This document shows, one piece after another, positions 10,161-19,100 of a stretch of DNA of 64,000 nucleotides (positions are counted from its first letter, which is position 1; each line of letters begins with the position of its first letter). The notes under the pieces were generated by a model. It was not told the DNA's origin. It was given only the letters and a program-made list of their open reading frames with translations, and did not search any database. The DNA comes from Cyclobacteriaceae bacterium. Lineage in GTDB: Bacteria > Bacteroidota > Bacteroidia > Cytophagales > Cyclobacteriaceae. The stretch covers positions 4,050,675 through 4,114,674 of the forward strand of contig OZ245881.1 of NCBI GenBank assembly GCA_965229505.1, in the 5' to 3' direction. A program made the position numbers and the translations under genes.

Positions 10161-11138
10161 GTTTGTCAATGAGACTCTCATTCCCATCCATCTTCTGACT
10201 CTTGTCTTTATAATGTGCAGACACTCCCCCAAATGAATACAACAGGCCCAAAGTGATTGATATTTTTGATACAAGTCCATTTTAGATAACGATCCTTTTT
10301 CAATTAGCTTTTTTGTTCTCTCAAGTTCTTGATGTAGACGCCAGTAGTGTGTTATTATCTCGACCTTCCGAAGGTGATAAACTTTTCTGTATCTGGTTAA
10401 GTCTGCTTTAAAATACTTAGATGCGTATTCTTTATTCCCCTCTGCAAAATACATTGCCATACTTTTTCCGTAGGACTTTAGTCCAGGTATTAGATATTTC
10501 AAACTAGGGTTGTTAAAATGAGAAACCATTACCTTGTCGGCAAAACCCATTTTGTAACCCTTGAAATGCAGGTGCGCTCCTAATGCTGGTTCCGCAAAAT
10601 GTTCGAACTGACTCAAGAAACCATTTTCTTTTAGGAAGACTGACCTAAGGATTCCAAAGCCGCGAACGGTGATTTTGTTCCACGAGTCTTCTTTAGATCT
10701 TCTTTCAAAGTCCTCATCAAAAATCCTCTGTTCCATTTCAGCCAGGACAGTTTTGTTGATTCCATCACTTTTGCAACAGGCTAGCGCAACGTCGTGTGTA
10801 GCAAAGTAATTGCATAGTTCAGTCAGACAATCATGGTATGGTATACAATGAGACTCTGTTATGAAAACCAATTCTGAGGAGGCATTCCTTACTCCGACAT
10901 TTGCTAGTTCGAGAAGATTGGCTTTTGGTTCAACTATGAACTTATCGATAGGCCTCAGCGAATCAATAATTTTCTTATCCAATGTCGTGTTTTTTCCATC
11001 GGAGATAAAAATGATCTCAAAAGACCTTTGATCAAATTGGACATGATTTACCCAACGATCCGCTACTTCAGGAGCTATACCTCTGTGGTCTGGTAAGGGG
11101 ATTATAACTGTGACCTTCGTTTGCTTGGTGCCTGACAT
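10143..11138 (-). CDS. Glycosyltransferase family 2-like protein (low-GC orphan gene)
   Basis: N-terminal VTVIIPLPDHRG...EIIFISDG...ANVGVRNASSELVFITESHC resembles a GT-A fold start. The C-terminal half is unrecognised. The gene is markedly AT-rich relative to its neighbours. Confidence 0.5.
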   Translation of the reverse strand: MSGTKQTKVTVIIPLPDHRGIAPEVADRWVNHVQFDQRSFEIIFISDGKNTTLDKKIIDSLRPIDKFIVEPKANLLELANVGVRNASSELVFITESHCIPYHDCLTELCNYFATHDVALACCKSDGINKTVLAEMEQRIFDEDFERRSKEDSWNKITVRGFGILRSVFLKENGFLSQFEHFAEPALGAHLHFKGYKMGFADKVMVSHFNNPSLKYLIPGLKSYGKSMAMYFAEGNKEYASKYFKADLTRYRKVYHLRKVEIITHYWRLHQELERTKKLIEKGSLSKMDLYQKYQSLWACCIHLGECLHIIKTRVRRWMGMRVSLTNQKQKG

Positions 11139-11188
11139 GATTCAAAGGAATCAATCTTTGTTGAAATTCCTTACAACTTTAAGAATTC

Positions 11189-11686
11189 TCAATCAATATG
11201 TACTACACTACCTACTAAGTCTTCGTAGAAGTGATGCATTCGATACATCTCTTCAGCGCCCAGTTTCTGTCCGGCTTGAGCCACAAAATACATTATGATG
11301 GCGATGACGCCACACACTGGAATGGTCCACAAAATTGGTGCTTCCTGATCGAGCATCAATTGTGAAGTGCCTGCCATCAAGCCAAACAGGGCCAAAATAC
11401 CAAGAGCGACATAGCCAAAAAAGAATATCGCCCAGACGGTAGGGTTGGGGCCATACAGCCCCCTGATGATGGTACCTTCTGTGCTTTCTTCGAACGAAAG
11501 GCTCAACTGTGGAGACCAAAAATGCTGATCTACAATAGGAATGGTTAGCGTGATATGATCCTGGACTGAGGTAGCGGTAAAACGATCAACACCTGTTTCC
11601 AGACGTGCTAACAGTCTCGACTGTAAGTCTCTGCTTGGCTCTTCCGTCAGTTGCTTAAATCTCGGCCTGATTCTCAAACTACTCAT
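11189..11686 (-). CDS. Hypothetical membrane protein
   Basis: 165 aa. Soluble N-terminal half (HFWSPQLSLSFEE), then two predicted TM helices. Confidence 0.55.
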   Translation of the reverse strand: MSSLRIRPRFKQLTEEPSRDLQSRLLARLETGVDRFTATSVQDHITLTIPIVDQHFWSPQLSLSFEESTEGTIIRGLYGPNPTVWAIFFFGYVALGILALFGLMAGTSQLMLDQEAPILWTIPVCGVIAIIMYFVAQAGQKLGAEEMYRMHHFYEDLVGSVVHID

Positions 11687-11786
11687 GCGACGAATATGCC
11701 AATTTTGTTTCTGAATTATACTGACGGTTGTCAGTTAGATGCTTAGAATCCAAAGTTTTAGTACATTCATTGTCAAACATTCGACT

Positions 11787-12704
11787 ATGAAAAAATACCT
11801 TATCCTTCTATTGACCGGCCTCTCCTTTCTTTCTACCCGGGCACAGACCAACGAGCTATGGCTATCGTCGAAAGTAAAGAACTACTTGCCTCATATGACG
11901 GTACCGGAGGTGGAAGACCTTCTCACTCGTACCGATATGGTGATTATTCCGGTAGGCGCTATAGAACAACATGGCTATCACTTACCGCTGGGAACTGATT
12001 TTTTGAATGGTGTAGAGCGATGTAAGCTACTGGCTCAGGAAAGAGATGTGCTGGTAGCGCCTATTTTGATGGCAGGTCAGAGCCCTTATCACATGGGGTT
12101 TGCCGGTACGATTACCCTTTCTGCAGAGACCATCATGAAGGTGCATCTGGAAGCGGTCGAAAGTCTGATCAGGCATGGGTTTAAGCGGTTCATGATCCTC
12201 AACTCTCATGGAGGTAACCGCGCCATTTCTACCCTCCTTGTTGATCAGATCAATCAGACTACCGCAGGCATAGCTGTGGATATGGGCGAGGCGATCAGAC
12301 CTTTTAGTATGCCTGTTGAAGTGGAACTCACTGATGTATTTGATCGCCATGGAGGAGTCTGGGAGACCTCCAGTTCTCAATACCTGATCCCGAGCCTCGT
12401 ACAGATGGACAAGGCAGTGACTGCCGAGTTGACTTTACCACCACATATGGCCCAGATGCTGCCAGAGGTAGTTGATGGTGACCGCACGGCCTTGCTGGTT
12501 TTTTTGGCAGAGGGTCTCAAAGCGGAGGAAACTGGTAAGGGCACCTCCTCCAAAGAAATGTCTACCACGGGAGTTTGGGGTGTTCGAGACTTGAAAGAAG
12601 CCTCTGAAAAGCTTGGTGGGCTGCAAACTGACAATTTCGTACAGGCAAGTGTGCAATTCATAGATAGGTGGAATGAGTTGCGGCCTTTTGGCACGGATAA
12701 ATAG
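11787..12704 (+). CDS. Creatininase family amidohydrolase with an N-terminal signal peptide
   Basis: MKKYLILLLTGLSFLSTRAQ signal. The motif IIPVGAIEQHGYHLPLGTD is diagnostic of the creatininase family. Confidence 0.8.
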   Translation: MKKYLILLLTGLSFLSTRAQTNELWLSSKVKNYLPHMTVPEVEDLLTRTDMVIIPVGAIEQHGYHLPLGTDFLNGVERCKLLAQERDVLVAPILMAGQSPYHMGFAGTITLSAETIMKVHLEAVESLIRHGFKRFMILNSHGGNRAISTLLVDQINQTTAGIAVDMGEAIRPFSMPVEVELTDVFDRHGGVWETSSSQYLIPSLVQMDKAVTAELTLPPHMAQMLPEVVDGDRTALLVFLAEGLKAEETGKGTSSKEMSTTGVWGVRDLKEASEKLGGLQTDNFVQASVQFIDRWNELRPFGTDK

Positions 12705-12781
12705 CTTGTGTGAAGCCAGTATTCGTATACCAATCTCATTAACATTTTTCATATCTTCCTACCGGAATCATTTTATCAAGT

Positions 12782-14476
12782 ATGGCCTACCGAATATCTA
12801 AAATCACCTCCCGACTTGTCAGGCTCTATGACGCCAAAGGCAAGGAAAATGTGCTCACCCCTCCAGAGTACAAGCCTTTTCTCCAGCGACCGATGGAGTT
12901 TTTGATCCTGATTACCCTTCTAGCTGCTATTCCTACCGGAATCATGCTCGGGTGGATGTGGACATTATGGTGCCTTTTGGGGGCATTGTTTTTATTCTCC
13001 ATCAACGATTTTTTTATTCAGGATGATCATACCCTTATCAGAATTTATGGCCCGCTCGGTCGGTTTAGATACGTATTTGAAAATGTATTTAGAGATAAAT
13101 ACCTTCAGTACTTCAACGAAACCAATACTGATGGACGACCAATTCCTAAGATAGTCAGAGACTATGTTTATCAGAAAGCGAAAGGCATCAAAGCATTAAG
13201 CAGCTTTGGGACTGAGCTGGATATCTATGATACCGAGAATACAGCCTACAGTCGTATACTTCATACCAACTTCAGCTCACACAGTGAGACTACTTCTTAC
13301 GGGTTTGAGGTGGGTGCACATCGCAAGAATGTGAAACCCTTTCTGGTAAAAAACAGCATCAATATCTCTGCCATGAGTTACGGTGCACTCAACTACAAGG
13401 CGGCAGAGAGCTTAAGCCTGGGAGCAAAGGGTGTCGCCTATGTCAACACTGGTGAAGGTGGCTGTGGGCCCCACGCCATCGCAGGTAATGATACCGTGCT
13501 CCAGCTAGGTACAGGCAAGTTTGGTGCGGGCAAGGATGTGGTACTGCCAAATGGCCAACATTCGCGAGCGCTGGATGAAGATCTGCTCAAAGAAACTATC
13601 AGGGATCACCCCAACATTGGGATGGTTCAATTGAAGATATCACAAGGCGCGAAACCGGGCATTGGAGGCCACCTCCCGGGCCCTAAGGTAACGCCCGAAA
13701 TAGCCGCAGTGCGTAAGGTAGAGCCCTGGAAGACATTGGTCAGCCCTCCTCAGCATGTGGAGCTCATGGCCACTACTTCTAAGGAAGGGGTGCAAAAGCT
13801 GATGGACTTCTGCAAGCATATCAGATCACTGACCGGTTTGCCGGTAGGCATCAAGCTATGCGTCGGCAAGCTGTCTGAGATCGACTTACTCGTGGAAGCG
13901 ATGAAGTCAACTGGCGAGGGGCCTGACATGATCCAGATCGATGGTGCAGATGGCGGTACTGGCGCGGGACCCAACATGTTCGTCAACTATGTGGGCTATG
14001 GTGGTGCAGTGGAGACTTTGGCGTATCTGCATCGCCGATTGGTAGGAGCGGGTATTCGCGATCAGGTACATCTCAGTGCGTCAGGGAGAATTCTCACGCC
14101 TGCGCATGCGGCCTATGCTTTCGCCTATGGTGCAGATACCATCGAGACAGCCAGAGCGGCGATGCTGGCAATTGGTTGTATTCAGGCATTGAAGTGCCAT
14201 ACCAATCACTGCCCTACCGGAATCACCACCAACAGCAAGTGGCGCATGCACGGAATAAACATCCCTGAGAAGTCAACACGCATCCACAAGTACCTGACCG
14301 GCTTTCATCATGACATGCTGGAGCTAACGCAAATCCTGGGACACAGCGATCCCAGAGATATCAAGCCTGAAGACCTCCGGGTCATGACCAACAAAAAGTT
14401 CTTTAGCAGTCAATTTGAAGATGACCCATTCGGTATGATGATGCCGGCTCCTGACTCGGATCATTGGAAGAGTTGA
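12782..14476 (+). CDS. FMN-binding glutamate synthase family protein (GltB FMN-domain-like) with an N-terminal TM segment
   Basis: ISAMSYGALN, GEGG, QLKISQGAKPGIGGHLPG, IQIDGADGGTGAGP motifs. Confidence 0.85.
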   Translation: MAYRISKITSRLVRLYDAKGKENVLTPPEYKPFLQRPMEFLILITLLAAIPTGIMLGWMWTLWCLLGALFLFSINDFFIQDDHTLIRIYGPLGRFRYVFENVFRDKYLQYFNETNTDGRPIPKIVRDYVYQKAKGIKALSSFGTELDIYDTENTAYSRILHTNFSSHSETTSYGFEVGAHRKNVKPFLVKNSINISAMSYGALNYKAAESLSLGAKGVAYVNTGEGGCGPHAIAGNDTVLQLGTGKFGAGKDVVLPNGQHSRALDEDLLKETIRDHPNIGMVQLKISQGAKPGIGGHLPGPKVTPEIAAVRKVEPWKTLVSPPQHVELMATTSKEGVQKLMDFCKHIRSLTGLPVGIKLCVGKLSEIDLLVEAMKSTGEGPDMIQIDGADGGTGAGPNMFVNYVGYGGAVETLAYLHRRLVGAGIRDQVHLSASGRILTPAHAAYAFAYGADTIETARAAMLAIGCIQALKCHTNHCPTGITTNSKWRMHGINIPEKSTRIHKYLTGFHHDMLELTQILGHSDPRDIKPEDLRVMTNKKFFSSQFEDDPFGMMMPAPDSDHWKS

Positions 14477-14491
14477 CGAATCAACTACGTC

Positions 14492-14947
14492 TTAATCACC
14501 CATGCCTGTAGGTTGGGTTTGGATTTCATCGTACCAATAGACAGGAAAGCTGTAATGATTCATTGCTAATGTCTCAACCTCTTCACGCAATCCTGGTTTC
14601 TTGGGAGGGCTTGGATATAGCATCGCCAAACCAATTGATTCAAGTTGATCTGACTTCATGTATTCATCAATATACTTGTGAAGCTGACGGCCATGTCTCC
14701 ACAAGTTCTTTCGAATATTCTGAGGCTTGATTTTGTCCCAGTCTGTAGCCTTAATCTCCATAATCATAATAAAGTCATCAGGGTAGGTAACAAGAATATC
14801 CATTCGACCTGACTTAGTCTTTGCGTAGGATAATGCTTCGAATCTTACATGAGCTTCCTTTTTTGGCTGACCATCAGAATGTTCCAGATAGTCTTGTTGG
14901 ACGATCCTCTGAAAGATTTTACCTCGTTTGAGTTGATCAGGTTCCAA
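14492..14947 (-). CDS. Small hypothetical protein with a PD-(D/E)XK nuclease-like motif (TTG start)
   Basis: GKIFQRIV...GRMDILVTYPDDFIMIMEIKATDW gives D (14798-14800) ... E-I-K (14750-14758). The only in-frame start after the upstream stop is TTG at 14947, 13 nt after the upstream gene's stop. Confidence 0.5.
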   Translation of the reverse strand: MEPDQLKRGKIFQRIVQQDYLEHSDGQPKKEAHVRFEALSYAKTKSGRMDILVTYPDDFIMIMEIKATDWDKIKPQNIRKNLWRHGRQLHKYIDEYMKSDQLESIGLAMLYPSPPKKPGLREEVETLAMNHYSFPVYWYDEIQTQPTGMGD

Positions 14948-14960
14948 AGCTAACTAAGTA

Positions 14961-16136
14961 CTAATCTTCTTTCCATTCAAAAGAGGATTTGGCCCACTCC
15001 AGGATGCTTTCTTCTTGATATTCTAAGTTGGCCTCATCATACCTCTGTCTCATTTTTTTTATGAAATATTCATAAGGATCCGGCCTTATTCCTTTTGTTA
15101 AATTCCAGGGAATGTTTTTTATCATCTTATAATCTATGAAATAACTGAGGGGAAGTTTATCACTGTCTTTCTCCTTCTCTTTCTTCTTTTCCTTATCACT
15201 GATACTATTGTCTTGCCACCATATCCATCCAGCCTTGAAAAAGGAGTTGTAATAAATCATAGCTTGTTCGTGATTAGAGAGTTGTGCTCTGATCATTTTT
15301 ACATAATCGTATTTCTGCTCGTAAGACAGTAAACTTGAGGTAACAATAAACTTCATCGTCTGGTATAGATGCCTATAATAATGACCAAGTTTAGAGGCAT
15401 GTCCATCAAATGGATAATAATGACACTCAAGTTTGACTTTCTTCATTGATCTATGACCTATCTCATAGTATGGTCTTGGTTCCTTAATGCTTGATTCATA
15501 ATGAGTAAAAAGTTTGGAATACTTATGCTGGTTTCTTTTTAGAATTCTGAGACATCTAAATAAAAAAGGAGTATGAACCCGATGATGATAAATAATACTG
15601 CCCTCAATCATATCTCCAACTCCGAAGAATAAGATGGAATATGCCAGATCAGTAATCTCTTCATCGCTTGCATTTACTTCTGGTTGATTAATGAAACCGG
15701 CTCTAGCAAGCCTATTCCACCATCGTCGTTCAAACATTATTGTTAAATAAATAAATCGAAATTCTTGGTACATTCTTACTATAGCCTTTCGACCAGACGT
15801 GACTCCTCCGATATCTATTTCTGAAACATTCTCCTTGTGGAGTCTAAGCATCTCATAGAACTTATTCTCAAATCGCTCTAACTGAATATCCTCGCGCTGC
15901 TGTTGATTTGCTTTGTATTGAACCCAAAAGGCTATGAACGTAAGTCCTGAGGCAACAATAGCTACAAATGGGCCTAATATTCCGCCCAGAGTACTACCAA
16001 TTAGTCTACTGTTGTCACTGAAGCTGAAACTAACCCATTTCCATTGAGTGATGGCGTAGGGTAGGAAAAGTATAATTACTATTAGGATTATGAATAGAAT
16101 AAGGAATAATCTGAATCTTCTATCCCACGTTTTCAC
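14961..16136 (-). CDS. Two-TM membrane protein resembling the 'putative phage abortive infection protein' (putAbiC-like) family
   Basis: N-terminal TM helices (FRLFLILFIILIVIILFL; GGILGPFVAIVASGLTFIAFWV), then ERFENKFYEMLRLHKENV, YPFDGHASKLGHYYRHLYQTMKFI and IRAQLSNHEQAMIYYN, which I recall as signatures of that family. The GTG start overlaps the upstream stop (GTGA). Confidence 0.6.
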   Translation of the reverse strand: MKTWDRRFRLFLILFIILIVIILFLPYAITQWKWVSFSFSDNSRLIGSTLGGILGPFVAIVASGLTFIAFWVQYKANQQQREDIQLERFENKFYEMLRLHKENVSEIDIGGVTSGRKAIVRMYQEFRFIYLTIMFERRWWNRLARAGFINQPEVNASDEEITDLAYSILFFGVGDMIEGSIIYHHRVHTPFLFRCLRILKRNQHKYSKLFTHYESSIKEPRPYYEIGHRSMKKVKLECHYYPFDGHASKLGHYYRHLYQTMKFIVTSSLLSYEQKYDYVKMIRAQLSNHEQAMIYYNSFFKAGWIWWQDNSISDKEKKKEKEKDSDKLPLSYFIDYKMIKNIPWNLTKGIRPDPYEYFIKKMRQRYDEANLEYQEESILEWAKSSFEWKED

Positions 16137-19100
16137 CCAACACCCCCTTCCACTATCTTAATCTCCTCCTCTGTCAATCCATAGAGATCATAGACTAACC
16201 TGTCGATTTCTTTGACTAAGGTTTCTCGTTTGTTTTGAGAATCGACTAGCGTCATATTTATCAAACTCTCAACCTTTTCATCGAGCAGTTCTTTTTGTTT
16301 GCTCGAGGCTATGGGTATCGGTATCTGTTCAATATATGAGATTTTGAGCCTTGCAAACCCACCTCTTACAAAGTCGCATATGCTGCTTAAGAAAAGTTTT
16401 GATACACTTGAATTAAGGACTCCATAGATCATTTTGCTAGATGTAACAATCATCTGATTATTGTCATTGCCGTAGTACCCACTTTGATCAAAAGCGAAAG
16501 ATGTGATATCCCTACTAATTCCTGGCCACAGTATCTTCTCCTTCTCAAACTCATCATAATAATCGCAAGCCCTTAGTTCCCACCAGTACTGACCTTGATC
16601 GTAGCGTGCCTTTGCTTTAGTTTCAAATCGCAGCAGGTGCTTCATGATGGCAGGATATTTATTCTTCATCTTACCCAAAGCTTCCTTTTCTTTCAAGTCA
16701 CCAAACCAAGTTTTTGTGTCTCCATTTTTGATCAGGATAAGATGATGATCACTGCTTGGCTGCTGATATCGTTTAATATCTCTACCTGCCAGGAAGGGTT
16801 TGATCACTTCGGCGCTGGCAGGATCTTGTTTAATTAACTTTTTCCGAGTGGCAGTATCAATTACAAAAGCTTCGTTGAGGCCTGTTTTGATACCGTAGAA
16901 TATTTTTCCTTCCACATATTTCCCTAACGGCTCACCTGCCGACCTCAGCTTGGCTAGTAGTTTTTGGACTTTGCTATCGGTGAGTGTCCAGCCTTCATCA
17001 CCTAACTCCTTCGTCAGTACATCTAGACTATTGGCCTGGATATGCTCGTCCATGTTTTTATCAAAATCGAGCGAGGTGAAGTTGACTGCTCTAAACTCGG
17101 GTGTAGGCGTGGATTTGGTTAACTCCATAATAAGCGGGTAGGTAGTTGCCTCTTCAAATACTGGCAAATCTCCAAAATCAAGGAGTTGATGGATTTTGTG
17201 AGATTTCACAAATGAGCGGAGCTTTTTACCATAGCCTGCTCTCATCCATTTGTTAGGAATGATGAAGGTGAATGCGCCTTGATCACGAAGTAGCTTCATG
17301 CCTAGTTCTACAAAATAGACATAAAGGTCAGCAGTGCCTGAGTATGTGGTGTAATTCACTGACAAGTGAGACTTGATGTCAGTGAGTTCCTCCTGTCTGA
17401 TATAAGGTGGATTACCAATTATCATATCAAAACCTGTAAAATTACCTGCATCATCAAGTACCTCTGGAAACTCAAACCTCCATTCAAAAGCATTTTCATA
17501 AAGTTTGTTGGCCTTTATGTCTTCTAGCTCACTCGTCAACTTCTCGATTTGGGCTTCCAGTTTCTCTACTTCCTTTCTCCGCTTTTGACTGGCTTTGTCT
17601 TTACCATAGTTCTGCTTGGGCTCGAATAGCATCATCCTGAACCCATCGCTTCCGCGTCCTGTAAGCTCATACAACTTTGCGCCAAGCTTAGCGATTTTCA
17701 CCTTTCTTGGATCCGAGTAGTTTCCAATCTCAGTTTGAAAACTTGACTTGATGTCATTTATCAGCTTTTCAATTTGCCGTTTTTCATCCTTTGACTCAGC
17801 GTGATGATAATTGTGAATGGCTAATTTATAAGTTGTGATATTCCATTTCCCCTTACTTTTCTTTAGCACCTGCTTTAGATCTACATCTAACTCAAATCGA
17901 CTGATCAATGAATTACCCGTCTTGATATTGATATCGATATTGGGGAGGGTCTCTAGCTCTGTAGCATTTTTGTAGTAGGCGTTTTTGAGTAGTTCAATCC
18001 AGAGTCTAAGTCTGCATATTTTCACAGAGTTGGTATTGATATCCACGCCGAAGAGACAATTCTCGATGATGGTCTGCTTTTCATGAAACAGCGCCTCTTG
18101 TACGCGCTGCTTTTCTTTATTGCCTACTACATAATCGAATAGTTCCCCTTCAGCTTCTACAATTAGTTCATCGTTCTCGATAGAGACCTCATAGTCACGG
18201 AGTGTTTTGCCATTGCGATCTAAGAGTATCTTTAGTTCAGATTTTATGGCAATGAGTTCATTGAGTGCTGATACCAAGAAGTGACCAGAGCCCACAGCTG
18301 GGTCACAGATCTTCAGGCTGTTGATGATCTCGTTGGCACCTTGCTTATCATCCCGGTCTATACGGTCGTGGAGTTGATCAAAACTATCCAGCGACCATCC
18401 TTTGGCCTCATTAAACTTCTGCACCACTGCCCTACGTATTGTCTCGCGGCACATATACATGGTGATAAAGCCTGGGGTGTAGAAGGAGCCGTCTTTGTAC
18501 CCATTGATCTTCTCGAAGATCAACCCGAGTACCGAGGCATTGATCAATGACTTGTTCTCTTCTTGGATAGCCTCCTTGCCCTCGCTACTAAAGTCGTATG
18601 CCGCCAGAAATTCGAAAAGATAGGTGAGCGTGTCTTTCTGGCCTGTCAGTTTTTTGCCTTTTTCACTTTTGAGTACCGTATGAGGGTAAAGGTCGAGCTT
18701 CAGGTCATTATTGAGCTGTGTGATCTCAAGTATCTCCTCGAGACCTGTAGGCTCAAAGAGCGAGCTATTCAAATAGGGTACATGCGCATACTTCTCTTTA
18801 TACCGGTCATTTCGCTCTTCGGACTTCCTTGCCAACACCCCAAAGAAAAGACTGGCTAACGTATCAAAGTTGGGTACAGTGGTGATGTCTAAAAACCGAT
18901 ATTGCTTATCTCCTTTATGGTATGCCACCAATTGGGACTCCAATAGTTTTAGAAACAGAATCCTGTTGATCCAAGTAATGCAGAGCTCCAGACCGACATT
19001 GTATAGCTGATCGCCTGTAGAATGTCCAAAATGGGAAGGTTGATCCAGCATCCTTATTCTATCCCGCTCGTCCATGACCATGATGGCATTTTCGAGAAGT

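Noticed and set aside
15053-15060. T8 (A8 on the coding strand) homopolymer inside the AbiC-like gene as a possible phase-variation tract.
   Set aside because: It encodes ordinary Lys-Lys (IKKM) in an AT-rich gene. Eight nucleotides is short for efficient slippage, and it lies near the 3' end, where a frameshift would remove little.
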